From contig NC_002677.1 of assembly GCF_000195855.1 (NCBI RefSeq), positions 1,800,001 to 1,832,000 on the forward strand: a stretch of DNA of 32,000 nucleotides, written 5' to 3'. How positions within the stretch are numbered: the first letter of the stretch is position 1; each line of letters begins with the position of its first letter. A program made the position numbers and the translations under genes. The DNA comes from Mycobacterium leprae TN. Lineage in GTDB: Bacteria; Actinomycetota; Actinomycetes; Mycobacteriales; Mycobacteriaceae. The notes under the pieces were generated by a model, which was not told where the DNA came from, ran no database searches, and saw only the letters and a program-made list of their open reading frames with translations. This document shows, piece by piece, positions 10,601 through 22,299 of the stretch.

Positions 10601-13600
10601 TAGTAGATCACCGCCTGGTTGCGGCTGCGCACCACAGTCACCTCACCACCCTGGTTGCCCGTCGGGACCAAGTACGTTGAACCCGAAAGCATGCCGGCTG
10701 CAGCCACCGGCCAGGTGGCTGGGCTTGATTCGCACCCCAGTCAGCGCCTTGTTATTGCCGCAGCGCTCATTATTGGTCTCAGTGCGCGGTGTATCGATGG
10801 TGCTTTCCTGCACGTGGTAAACAAACACCACACCATTAGGCATTCGTTGGCTAACGATCACCCGGCACACATAAATCCCGCTGGCGTTAACCGTCTTGAC
10901 CCAATCATTATCAAGCACTTTCATTTTCACAGCATCTGAAGGGATCATCCACATTGTCGGGACGTCGCGAGACAACGGCAGCATGCAGAGGTTGTGCTGG
11001 GTAGGTCATAAAGAAAATACCACTTAACTAATACAGCGTCAGGTATCGTGCGGTGAGCCCGATGCCCTCTCATCGGTTGGGCCGAACTGTGGTTAGTTAT
11101 CCAGCCGAACCATATCCAGAGGCCACCGATAAACGGGCAATTGTTCGCTAAGCTCCTTAATCTAGTTAGAGGCGAATGCTTCCGGTCGGCGTATGGAACG
11201 ACTTGAGGTGCTCTATATAGTGATCATGAATGGGTAGTAGAGACGGCCACCGGTACTCACCGGCCAGATCACTCTGGACTGGTAACCACCTGGAACCAAA
11301 CGCACCTGAATCTCGACGTAGGTGATACGCTTTTCCTCACTGCCCTCGGCCCGATGAGCCAACCGTCGTAAGGTGCGCTTGCCGAATTCTAGGAAGCCCT
11401 TGACAGCTACTCGGGCGTTGTACGTGTATAAGACAAAGCCAGTATCACGTCGGCCATTCGACTGACCGTGATGGTCGCCGAACAGCCAACTGTTGCACCG
11501 GACTTTCTCAATCCAAATTTGGCAGCCAATTTCGCTGATCTCACGGAAAGGATGAAAATAGAGCCCTTGACGCCCACCGACCTGGTCGATGAGCGGTCTC
11601 AGCGTCACCCACTTGTCGTAAGTCGCGGAATAGTAACGCTCCACGTCAGTGAGCTTGCTCATCGACGTACCCGGCACTGGCACCTGTCCGGTACGCAGCC
11701 AATCACATTCGTTACCATCCGGACACGCCATAGCGTCCGGATGGTCATTTAACAGCACGGCCAGCACGACATCGCGGCAAGTACCAAAGATGACGCTTGA
11801 CCATCGCGCTGAAAGCGCGGGCAATAGTAGCTAATGCGTGGAAGTCCGAACGAGTTTTCCAGGGCGGGTCAATCACCGAGGTGAACACGTGCACATATGG
11901 GTGCATATCAGTGCTGGACAGGTCGTTCTTCTCGTACCAAATCCCGGCGGACAGTACTACGTCGGACACCAACGTCGTCGACGTCATTCGTAAGTCGATC
12001 AACATCATCAGGTCACGCTTGCCTTCTAGCATGCCGTCGTCCAGAGGTTAAGCCTGAACGTTGAAGTCGACTTGAGCATATTCCTTAGGAAGTACTCGCT
12101 GCCCTTGCCCGACGAACCGATCACGTTGTCTTGCCAGACAGTGAGCATCCGCGGCAAGTTGACCGGGTTATGGGAGTCGGTGATCGCAAGCTTGCGCTAA
12201 ACGAGTTGTTCGGCAACGTAGTCAGCAGCATCGCACCCCGCGGCCTGTGCCTCCTGGGCAACGTGGAGGAGCAGAACCGTGGAATTGAGAGTAAAGCACG
12301 CTCCAACCTATCGCCGTCGCCAAGGTCAGCAAAGCTATCGTGTGCTTGCCGGTTAACCTGCCGCGATCCGACCTAGCTGACTAGTCGATCAGCATCGAAA
12401 ATATCGATGCGCCACTGATCAGTGTGCGCATACCATTACGAGGCGGCAGGTACCTGTCGCGGCGACCGCACCCAGTCGGTAAATTGGTCATGGTCGGCCA
12501 TCCGGTTAGCGGACGCACCTTTTCCTGACCGACATAGTGGACCCCAGCCGCCGTTGTGTCCCATCGAGCCGGTCAGCCAGCAGCTTCAGCACCGATCCGG
12601 TAGATAGCGTCGCTTGTGACTACCAGTGGCAGATGCCGCAGCCCATGATGACCATGAGTCGCCCGCGGATTCCTCTGCTTTGCGGGCAAAGTCCTTAGAG
12701 ATCCGGGTAGCCTACTGAACCGGGATCCCGATGATCGCTTCCTGCCAAGCCGGGATGTTCTGTTGGGTGGGATGGCCTTAACCGGTGAACCACTCGCCGA
12801 GTAACACCAGGCGCACCACCCCGGAATGGTCCAGCATGAGATCGAACACCGTACACACCACGACACTTGCCGACCCGATATACCGGGACACCACACGACA
12901 CAGCCTCACAATCGCCGTAGACGGTGTCAAAGCTGGGCAGATCAACCAGTTCTGCTTCATCTGTACCGGTAACGCTCAACGCGGGTAACACCCGAACCCA
13001 AGTCGTTAGTCCACTTGCCGAGACCATCCTCGCCGAAAAGGAACCCGGTGAGCCCTGTGGCACAACGACAGTGTAGGTAACTCCACCCAGAAATGCGGTT
13101 TTGAATACCAAATTCTCGACTGCATCACCAATATCGTCCGCTTTCAATAATTTTCCAAACACCAACGAATCACCGGACTTCTCCGGTGTGATCGGGAAGA
13201 GCAGGTCAGTGCAGTGGCGAACATAGGCCAACGGAGAACAGAACCTGTTTGTCTACATAGCATTACAACAGAATCACGTCACCCATTTCCACGACTAACG
13301 ACACATCGGTTCCAGCTGAGCATCGCATACACTCGTAGGAAAAAATTTTGTGTTGTCGGCGTAATCCGACGCTTAACCATAACGATTTTAATGCAACGGT
13401 AGCGGGCTTCAGCCATCCAGTGCATCCAGTGTGTGTGTCGGACGTACGAGTGATCGGGGCATTGGAGGCCCACATGACCAAATACGAAGCTTACCAACAA
13501 TCTCCGGATTCGGGGACATCAGTGTAGTCGCCGAATACCTGCTGCGAAGCCACCGGCAAGTCGGCGTATTAGCCCTAGAAAGACGTAATCACACCACCGA

Positions 13601-14263
13601 TCAGCTCAACACACCGCGATCCCGTGACATGCTTGAACAGCGACATCGACAGGATCGGCACAAATCCAGCGACCCGGTCCGTCCGGATCATAAGCCTTAA
13701 TGGTGTGCACGTAGATCGCAACGATCATCTCGCTGGCCTCAGCTCACCTGCACTAGCCCCATTTTACCCCGAGCCTGCTGATAGCGGCGGCAACACTCAA
13801 GATCGGCTTGGATATCGACCCACGCTAGCACGGGTTTTTTAAGCCAGGCTTTGGCGTCGCGGAGCATTTCGACCAGCACGCCGCAGGCATACGCGGTAGC
13901 CTGCCCAGGCAGGCGAAGTGCTTCTACCAGGAGAAAGACGCACCGCGGGGGCAACCACCACAGCTCGTGTTGAGGCCAGACTGGGGACATAGACGGATAG
14001 CCTGTTTACTGAGTTTCCCAGGTGATGATCCCGTCTTTGACATAAGATCTTCCACAATCACGATCCGATGCAGTTGACCCCGCAGGTGGACCGGACCCCT
14101 TGTCGGGCCTCCGCCCGGTCGCGGTATAAGCTTGTTACCTTCGCGGCCACTGCGTCGGGTGGCGATGCGCAGATCGACAGAGAACTCACCTAAAAGTCAA
14201 TGAAGCGGCCGCTGCGTTCCAGTAGTTTTCAAGCTTTCCGCCAAGGTGAGGTGTGACAGTCAC
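10600..14263 (-). pseudogene. narG: Respiratory nitrate reductase alpha (molybdopterin) subunit pseudogene
   Basis: N-term VTVTPHLGGKLENYWNAAAA / GEFSVDLRI; CSWKI and WKILCQRRDHHLGNS region; ARGVLVEM-like LVEMLRDAKAWLKKPVLAWVDIQADLECCRRYQQARGKMGLVQVS (13739-13990); C-term VCRVIVSQRMPNGVVFVYHVQESTIDTPRTETNNERCGNNKALTGVRIKPSHLAGG (10643-10984). Many stops and frameshifts. Confidence 0.88.
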
Positions 14264-14689
14264 ACGGATGACCCTCCTTGTCACTCGTGTCGTACCTCGT
14301 ACTAGTTAACTGCTCGGCAGTGACCCCATCGATCCACCCGCCTGATCCCAGCCCCGTCGGCATCATGATATGCCTCGCGACCCAAGCGCGGATCCCCAAC
14401 CATTCACCAGCATAGGTTGCAGTACCCGGCTGATCGCACCTACGACACACGACCTAGTTAACAGAATAGCGTGTCATCAACGTCGGGTTTTCCGCATGTA
14501 GATACGCCTCCCGGCACAGAAGCCGTTGACCACGCCATCCAAATAATCATCGGAATCATTACCGGCATACAAATCCAGGTTAAGGTGTTGTGACGTTATT
14601 ACTGTCCAGTTAACGTCGGTTAGCTTCGTATATCGCTGTGCGTTAGTTGAATAACGACTGCTGACTTTCCCGGTACTCGCTCAAGGAAC

Positions 14690-15060
14690 CCTAGACAAGT
14701 CGGATAGCCAACCCCAATCTGCCGGCACCCAGTCCACATCGTCCAGCTCCGCCACCATAACCCAACGCAACGTGCGGTGGTCACGCAGGTACGATGGAGC
14801 CTACAAGCAGAAGCACGCGATAGGCCCGCAGCGTCGTCGTGGCTCGGAACATAGCGAGTCACCTATTGCGATGTCACTGATTTCAAGGCCCAGCCTCCTC
14901 AGCCATTGCCTCACGCCCAGTGCAGCCCGGGCCACAACCTTGCCACCAGATAGCTCCCAACGGTCCGTCAGCTACGGCGATCGAACCCCTATCGAACCCC
15001 TTGGGGAACCAAAACCATTGTGCTGCAAAACTACCACCCCCAGCAACAACGATCTACCTC
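14690..15060 (-). pseudogene. mutT2: NUDIX hydrolase MutT2-like pseudogene
   Basis: Scattered-frame matches: [17 protein letters not shown]-like (frame-mixed), [56 protein letters not shown]; lies between narG and the PCD gene as in M. tuberculosis. Confidence 0.72.
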
Positions 15061-15090
15061 GACAGGCCAGTAACCGCATATCATCGATAT

Positions 15091-15375
15091 ATGACTGTGC
15101 TAACTGATGAGCAAGTAGACGCGGCACTGCTCGACCTCAACGACTGGAAGCATACCGACGGCGCACTGTGCCGCTCGATCAAATTTCCGACGTTTCTCGC
15201 CGGCATCGACGCTGTATGTCGGGTAGCCGAGCACGCCGAAACCAAAGATCATCACCCAGATATCGATATCCGTTATCGGACAGTTACGTTCATTCTAGTG
15301 ACACATTATGCCGATGGCATCACCAAGAAGGACATCACGATGGCACGCGATATCGACAGGCTCATCGGGGACTAG
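15091..15375 (+). CDS. Pterin-4a-carbinolamine dehydratase family protein (Rv1159A-like), 94 aa
   Basis: [97 protein letters not shown]; contains DHHPDI-type PCD active-site motif. Confidence 0.88.
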   Translation: MTVLTDEQVDAALLDLNDWKHTDGALCRSIKFPTFLAGIDAVCRVAEHAETKDHHPDIDIRYRTVTFILVTHYADGITKKDITMARDIDRLIGD

Positions 15376-16654
15376 CCACTACAGGGTGTTTCCCGATGAC
15401 GACAATCCAGATCAACGTCACCAGCGCCACCACGATATAGACCAGGCCGCCCCACGCCAGATACCACGGTCTGCCTAATTGCCAGATGGTCGGTTGAGCA
15501 AAACTGAGCAACCACGGCACGCCGACGACACTCAGCGCCAACCAGCCCCAACCCACAATCTGGGCACCGGGGCGCTCGCCCAGCGGCCCGTGAATCAGCC
15601 AGATCATCAGAGGCACCAGCCACACCCAGTGATGAGTCCAGGAAATCGGCGAAAGCAGCAGTCCGAACAACTCGACCACCAGCAATTTGCCCAGTCGGTC
15701 GGGCCGATCGAGCGCTCGCCAAGCAACAACCGCCACTACAGCGGTGATGGCGATCGCAGCGAGGACCAACGGGCCCAACCCAGCGTCGTAGCCCATGATC
15801 CGCGAGATGCCGCCGCGCCACGATTGATTGAACGAGGTGGCGATAGGACCAACTCGATGCGCGTCGCCCAGCAGCTCAGTGAAGTAGTAACGAGCCTGAT
15901 CACCAACGACGAGAGCCGACACCGCGACGGTGGCACCAAACACGGCCGCCGACAACGCTGCTGCGCGAACGCGTCGGGCCCCGAGGAAATAGACAGCTGC
16001 GATCGCCGGCGTTAACTTGATTCCGCCCGCCACACCGACCAGCAACCCCGATAGCCAGTTACGCGTGGTGTAGACCGCCCACAGCACCCCCAGCATTGGC
16101 AGCACATTGATCTGCCCGTAGTCGAAGGCGCTGCGCAGAGGCTCGATCCAGATGGCGATCGCCGTCCACAACAGCGCAACGCGGTGACCGGTATGGGAGG
16201 AAACACCCAGTAAGCGCTGGCTGATCCGAACCGCGCCATACAATGCAGCGATCGTGGTGATTTGCCACAGAAACGCCACCAGAGCAAACGGCAACAAATG
16301 CAGCGGGTAGAAGACCACTGCTGCAAACGGCGGATAGGTAAACGGGAGCGGGAAGTCCGGTGTCTGGTCGACGTACACGTAACGGTACAAGGTGCCGGGA
16401 TGGTCGATCGTAGCCGCGCCACCCAGGTAAACGTGCAGGTCAACGAAGTTTGCTCCGTTGGGTGCCAGGTAGGTCCAAGCCAGTCGCACCGCGACGCTGA
16501 AGACCAACAGTAACGGCGCGGCAGCATTCAACCGGCTCGTCAGCCGTCGGACGCGGGGTGCCGACGCGGCGGCTGTGGTGTTAGTGGTGGTGGTGTCTAT
16601 CTGCCCGACTCTAGCGACCGCGGCAAACGCCTTTGCCATGATCACTGCCACCAC
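15362..16654 (-). CDS. pimE: PimE, polyprenol-phosphate-mannose-dependent mannosyltransferase (GT87 type), ~430 aa
   Basis: Multi-TM ORF with N-terminal [11 protein letters not shown] segment, and [29 protein letters not shown] motifs; gene order next to Rv1158c/Rv1159A homologues. Confidence 0.9.
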   Translation of the reverse strand: MVAVIMAKAFAAVARVGQIDTTTTNTTAAASAPRVRRLTSRLNAAAPLLLVFSVAVRLAWTYLAPNGANFVDLHVYLGGAATIDHPGTLYRYVYVDQTPDFPLPFTYPPFAAVVFYPLHLLPFALVAFLWQITTIAALYGAVRISQRLLGVSSHTGHRVALLWTAIAIWIEPLRSAFDYGQINVLPMLGVLWAVYTTRNWLSGLLVGVAGGIKLTPAIAAVYFLGARRVRAAALSAAVFGATVAVSALVVGDQARYYFTELLGDAHRVGPIATSFNQSWRGGISRIMGYDAGLGPLVLAAIAITAVVAVVAWRALDRPDRLGKLLVVELFGLLLSPISWTHHWVWLVPLMIWLIHGPLGERPGAQIVGWGWLALSVVGVPWLLSFAQPTIWQLGRPWYLAWGGLVYIVVALVTLIWIVVIGKHPVVASPR

Positions 16655-16757
16655 TCATCTGGGTAACGATCGAATAAATACCACATATGTCACTTGAGTC
16701 ACATACGTATCAAAGTAGTTTCGGGTCCGGACCTGTCGTCAATCACCAGGGAGAGTC

Positions 16758-17306
16758 ATGGCAACCATCTGGACCTACTTGCGCGCCACCGCCATCGTTG
16801 TCGGTTCATCCGCTGCACTACTAACGGGCGGTATCGCTCACGCCGACACGGCACCTGCACCTGCACCTGCACCTGCACCTGCACCTGCACCTGCATTGAA
16901 CATTCCGCAACAGTTGATCAGTTCGGCGGCCAACGCGCCGCAAATTCTGCAAAACCTGGCGACGGCACTGGGCGCCACCCCGCCGGTCACGCCGTCGGCT
17001 CCCGGGATCAGCTTTCCCGGACTGACCCCGGCCGCGGCGACCGTACCCACCTCCTCCGCGGCGACACTCCCGTCCCTTCCCGGGATCATGGCACCAGCAA
17101 TATCCAACACCCCAACAACCCCGGGATTGCCGGCGTCCACTCCGGGGTTCCCGCAAGCCAGGGTTGATATGCCGGCGATGCCATTCTTGCCTGTTAGTGT
17201 ACCACCGCAAATTTCACTGCCAGGTGACCTACAGGCACTCGCCTCGAGCGCATCAGCCGCAGCCGCGCCGGTCGCGGCTCCGACGCTACTGTCCGCCCTG
17301 CCGTAA
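16758..17306 (+). CDS. Secreted Ala/Pro-rich protein (Rv1158c-like), 182 aa
   Basis: Signal peptide MATIWTYLRATAIVVGSSAALLTGGIAHADT followed by (AP)7 and Pro/Ala-rich low-complexity sequence; syntenic position. Confidence 0.78.
   Translation: MATIWTYLRATAIVVGSSAALLTGGIAHADTAPAPAPAPAPAPAPALNIPQQLISSAANAPQILQNLATALGATPPVTPSAPGISFPGLTPAAATVPTSSAATLPSLPGIMAPAISNTPTTPGLPASTPGFPQARVDMPAMPFLPVSVPPQISLPGDLQALASSASAAAAPVAAPTLLSALP
16851..16892 (+). repeat. Hexanucleotide tandem repeat (GCACCT)x7, encoding Ala-Pro dipeptides
   Basis: Seven perfect uninterrupted GCACCT units read directly from sequence. Confidence 0.98.
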
Positions 17307-17333
17307 GCAGCCAGTTAGACGGCTAACCCACCA

Positions 17334-18380
17334 TTGAAGACCGGAGGATTCGTGACAAGCGCTTGGAATCTACCCAAGGGTTTGGTCGCCGTCGTCACGG
17401 CATCGACTGCCGCGTTCGGGCTGTGCCAGAATGCAGCAGCCGACCCGGCCAACCCCTACGGCACACCGCCAAACCCCACCCAACAACTACCGGGTCTGCC
17501 CGCGTTGGCTCAGTTGAGTCCGATAGTCCAGCAAGCAGCCAACAACCCTCAGCAAGCGACACAGCTGCTCATGGAGGCGGTGTCAGCACTCACCCAGAAT
17601 CCGACTGCACCCATCGCGTCCAAGAACCTGGCCACGTCGGTAAGCCAGTTCATGCAGGAGCCGAACAATCCGAATCCCGGGGCTTCGGCCCTGGACATAC
17701 CCACTTCGGGCGTACCCGCTCCAGCGGCCAATGGCATCACCCCGTTGGACGTCGTCCTGGTGCCTCACCTACCATCGGCAGGTGCGGAGCCCGGCGCCCA
17801 GGCACACCTGCCTACGGGTATTGATCCAGTTCACGCGGCCGGCCCGGCGACCGCTGCAACGCCGACACCCGGAAGCCCCACTAACCGGACCGCTGCCCCA
17901 CCCACGCCGGTAGCATCACCTGCACCGACCACTCCGGAACTGCCTGCGACGACCCCGGGTTTTGGGCCAGACGCCCCACCGACGCAGGACTTCATATATC
18001 CCTCGATCAGCACCAATTGCCTTGCAGACGGCAGTAGCTCGATTGCGACAGCACTGTCAGTGGCAGGGCCGGCGAAGATCCCACTGCCCGGTCCCGGTCC
18101 CGGTCAGGCCGCCTATGTGTTTACCGCTGTCGGAACGCCTGGACCCGCCGATGTCCAGAAGTTACCATTGAACGTCACCTGGGTGAACCTGACCACCGGC
18201 AAGTCTGGGAGCGCTACGCTCAAGCCACGCCCAGACATAAATCCGGAAGGGCCAACAACGTTGACCGTAATCGCCGACACCGGCTCAGGCAGCATTATGT
18301 CTACGATCTTCGGGCAGGTCACCACCAAAGAAAAACAATGCCAGTTCATGCCCACGATCGGCTCCACGGTGGTGCCGTAA
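17334..18380 (+). CDS. Secreted Pro/Ala-rich protein (Rv1157c-like), 348 aa or ~342 aa from the internal GTG
   Basis: N-terminal signal-like region (KGLVAVVTASTAAFGLCQNAAADPANPYG), Pro-rich middle, conserved-looking C-terminal domain with two Cys (ISTNCLADG...KEKQCQF); start ambiguous (ATG 17334 or GTG 17352). Confidence 0.78.
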   Translation: MKTGGFVTSAWNLPKGLVAVVTASTAAFGLCQNAAADPANPYGTPPNPTQQLPGLPALAQLSPIVQQAANNPQQATQLLMEAVSALTQNPTAPIASKNLATSVSQFMQEPNNPNPGASALDIPTSGVPAPAANGITPLDVVLVPHLPSAGAEPGAQAHLPTGIDPVHAAGPATAATPTPGSPTNRTAAPPTPVASPAPTTPELPATTPGFGPDAPPTQDFIYPSISTNCLADGSSSIATALSVAGPAKIPLPGPGPGQAAYVFTAVGTPGPADVQKLPLNVTWVNLTTGKSGSATLKPRPDINPEGPTTLTVIADTGSGSIMSTIFGQVTTKEKQCQFMPTIGSTVVP

Positions 18381-18559
18381 CGTTCTGAAGCCGCGAGCGC
18401 GCGCAAATACACGTCGCTTACGGCATAGAGTCCGTAGGCCATGAACAAATCGCATCGCGCTCGTACTACTACCTAGCCCGGGTACACACTCACCAAGTGA
18501 ATCTGGGTGAGTTCGGACTAGTTCGTCTTCGTCCTTACCTATGATAGCTTGACCTCAAG

Positions 18560-19150
18560 GGCACGTTATGTGGAATCTTCCTGTTTCCGCTTTACCTTCG
18601 CTGCCGATATTCATCTGCTTCTTATGCGATCGCACCTGCACGAGCGAACAGGCGTCGACGATATCGACGACAGATATTGTCGCCATACCGGGTTGGTCGG
18701 ACCCGCCGACAACCGCCCGCCAGCCTTTCGGTGTCACGCCGTACTGCTTGCTAAGCAACATCAGAAAGATCTGCACTTTACTGTCCGCCAAAACCGGGTA
18801 ACCTCTTGAACCGCCTTAGTAGCTCGCTGTTATCGAGCTCACCGGCCGTCCACAATGCGTAAGGACCTGGATACTTGGCCATTGATCCCAAAAAATATAG
18901 TGTATCCCAGGTTTTTCTGAGTACAGCGCGGCGAACTTGTCCGGGTCATAGTCGGCGATGTCGCGGAAGTCAAAACCGCCCATCCGATCAACGATCTTCT
19001 TGGGTCCCGCGCAGGCTGTTGCCATCGGTACATGCTGCTCGATCAGCATGTACCGATGGCAACGCGAAGGGGTTAGCTGTCCAAGAGCGATTCGGAGGAC
19101 GGATTTTAGACAAGCTGTAGTTTCGGCACTCAGATCTTTTTAGAGTCGTA
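18560..19150 (-). pseudogene. HhH-GPD superfamily base-excision DNA repair protein pseudogene (Rv1156-like)
   Basis: Frame-split remnants NPFAL...MLIEQHVPMATACAGPKKIVDRMGGFDFRDIADYDPDKFAALYSEKPGIH (18816-19049) and KVQIFLMLLSKQYGVTPKGWRAVVG...VVDIVDACSLVQVRSHKKQM (18555-18791). Confidence 0.8.
19018..19063. repeat. Perfect inverted repeat, 20-bp arms, 6-nt spacer: GTTGCCATCGGTACATGCTG-CTCGAT-CAGCATGTACCGATGGCAAC
   Basis: Arms 19018-19037 and 19044-19063 are exact reverse complements. Confidence 0.97.
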
Positions 19151-19556
19151 TGCAAAGCACCTGACATTAGAGGCGAATGACATCCCAGGTTCAAGATGGC
19201 CCAGTAAGCCAGTTTCGGAATGGTCTCAAGTTAGACGAATTACTTTTTTTAAAAACACTTTTCACCAACTCGGCTAACACGTCAGCGACAACCTGACGAA
19301 ATGCTTCATCAGCCAATGACTATGACCCGACGACGAGTTATCAGGTCACTCCCGGCAATTCTCCACCAGACCATGAGCCCGTGACAGCTTGCCGCCGCCG
19401 TCCTCGTGGTCGGATCCGCTTAAATATTGCGTCACCTTGCAGTCCCCAGGGATTCACGGACCTTGCACTTGGTGTCATCCGCTGAATCCGACAACCCAGA
19501 AGACTTGGCATCTATCTTACGGATAGTTCTATTCAGCTATAAGAGCAGCCTAACCA

Positions 19557-20620
<1,064 letters not shown>

Positions 20621-20844
20621 CTAGGGGCCCGTCGGCCACCGTGGTGGCACCGGCTAGAGCCTACCGACCAATCCACGGCTGAACGAAACCATTCCTAACG
20701 GCTAGTATCGTTAGGATACCAGTTCATCTGCTACCGACTGCTGGACGCATCTAGAATCCGAGAAATCGCTCGTTCCAGCTAGATTCCCCAATGCGCCAAG
20801 AGATGTACCTGCTGCCAGCCAAGGAAGCACGGCTGACACTGGCC

Positions 20845-21210
20845 TCAGTCATCGGGCACGTTAGTGAGATCGCGAATAGCATCGTACGTGATCAGCCCCA
20901 CCACTCGAGCCACTTCGACATAGTCGGCGGGTAGCAGCCGCCACCGCAGCGTCGGTCGGATCGAAGCGGGAAATAAACGTGCCGAAACACCCTCGTGTTT
21001 CAACAATCGCCGCCGACTCCAGCTCACGGTAAGCGCGGGCCACAATGGTAGCCGGCTACACCGAATTGACCGGCCAGATCGCATACCGTCGGAAGGCGGG
21101 TGTCGGACAGCAACACACCAGCCCGGGCTCCGTCGATCACCTGGTTTTTGAGCTGGTCGAACAACGGTTTGCCCGCCTTTACGTCGATCCCGCCGCTCCA
21201 CCCACCCATC
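20845..21210 (-). pseudogene. GntR family regulator pseudogene (Rv1152-like), only a few lesions
   Basis: [46 protein letters not shown] // [38 protein letters not shown] // [29 protein letters not shown] recovered in order from different reverse frames. Confidence 0.85.
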
Positions 21211-21242
21211 CAGTATCTCCCAAGCCCGGCTATCTTTATAGC

Positions 21243-21956
21243 ATGCGGGTGGTAGTGCTTAGCGGCGCGGGTATCTCCGCGGAAAGCGACGTGCCGACAT
21301 TCCGCGACGACAAGAATGGATTGTGGGCACGCTTCGATCCTTACCAGCTGTCCAGCACGCAAGGCTGGCAGCGCAACCCTGAGCGGGTCTGGGGGTGGTA
21401 CTTGTGGCGCCACTACCTGGTAGCCAACGTCAAACCCAACGATGGCCACCGCGCTATAGCCGCCTGGCAGGAGCAGATCGAGGTTAGCGTCATCACCCAA
21501 AATGTTGACGATTTGCACGAGCGCGCCGGCAGCACGCCGGTGCACCATCTGCACGGCAGCCTTTTCAAATTTCATTGTGCCCGCTGCAATGTGGCCTACA
21601 CCGGTGCACTTCCCGATATGCCCGAACCCGTACTAGAGGTGGACCCACCGGTCTGCTACTGCGGCGGTCTGATCCGGCCTGCCATCGTGTGGTTCGGTGA
21701 GCCATTACCCGATGAGCCGTGGCGACGCGCAGTGGAGGCGACCGAAACCACCGACGTCATGGTGGTGGTGGGGACATCCGCGATCGTCTACCCGGCGGCC
21801 GGGCTACCCGAGCTGGCACTGTCACGTGGTGCGGTTGTGATCGAAGTTAATCCCGAGCCCACACCGCTCACCAAGAACGCCACGATCAGCATTCGTGAGA
21901 CTGCAAGTCAGGCATTGCCAGGACTGCTGCAGCGGCTTCCCGCCCTGTTGAAGTAG
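21243..21956 (+). CDS. Sir2-family NAD-dependent protein deacylase (Rv1151c-like), 237 aa
   Basis: [48 protein letters not shown]...CYCGG zinc cysteines, [15 protein letters not shown]; start at internal ATG 21243. Confidence 0.93.
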   Translation: MRVVVLSGAGISAESDVPTFRDDKNGLWARFDPYQLSSTQGWQRNPERVWGWYLWRHYLVANVKPNDGHRAIAAWQEQIEVSVITQNVDDLHERAGSTPVHHLHGSLFKFHCARCNVAYTGALPDMPEPVLEVDPPVCYCGGLIRPAIVWFGEPLPDEPWRRAVEATETTDVMVVVGTSAIVYPAAGLPELALSRGAVVIEVNPEPTPLTKNATISIRETASQALPGLLQRLPALLK

Positions 21957-21975
21957 GCGTAGCGCTCTCTCGGGG

Positions 21976-22027
21976 TTGAATTGTACTTTGTGTGCATGTT
22001 CTGTTGTGGGGGTGGAGTAAAGGGTGG
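21976..22027. repeat. Left arm of 52-bp perfect inverted repeat
   Basis: Exact reverse complement of 22859-22910. Confidence 0.98.
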
Positions 22028-22299
22028 CGGTGTGTTGCAGTGTTGTGAGTTGATGTGATCGATCGTTAACCGTTCGTTTGGGTTGGGTGGGGGTGGGGAT
22101 CGTGCGTGAGATCACCAGCAAGGGTGGGGCCCGCGTGTTTGCGGGTTGCTTTGGGGGTTGCACTGATTCGACACCAACTATGCTGGCTAAGACGCTCAAT
22201 CGGGTTACTGAGCTTGTATTGCTTAGCTATGCAGTGAGCAGTGGGCCCAGTGGCTTTAAAGGCCGGCAAGGTGAGCGTTGTGGGCAGCTGCGTACGGAG

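Noticed and set aside
11213-13231. Medium-sized reverse and forward ORFs (203 aa, 178 aa, etc.) that might be new genes
   Set aside because: They lie within the narG fossil between its identifiable N- and C-terminal parts; composition and order fit frame-broken narG remnants or antisense shadows.
16821-17210. Reverse ORF rich in CRCRCR / GAGAGA
   Set aside because: Antisense reading of the GCACCT repeat; forward AP-rich secreted protein is the credible product.
18080-18110. Short CCCGGT triplicate within the Rv1157c-like gene
   Set aside because: Three units encoding PGPGPG; ordinary low-complexity coding sequence, too short to treat as a separate repeat feature.
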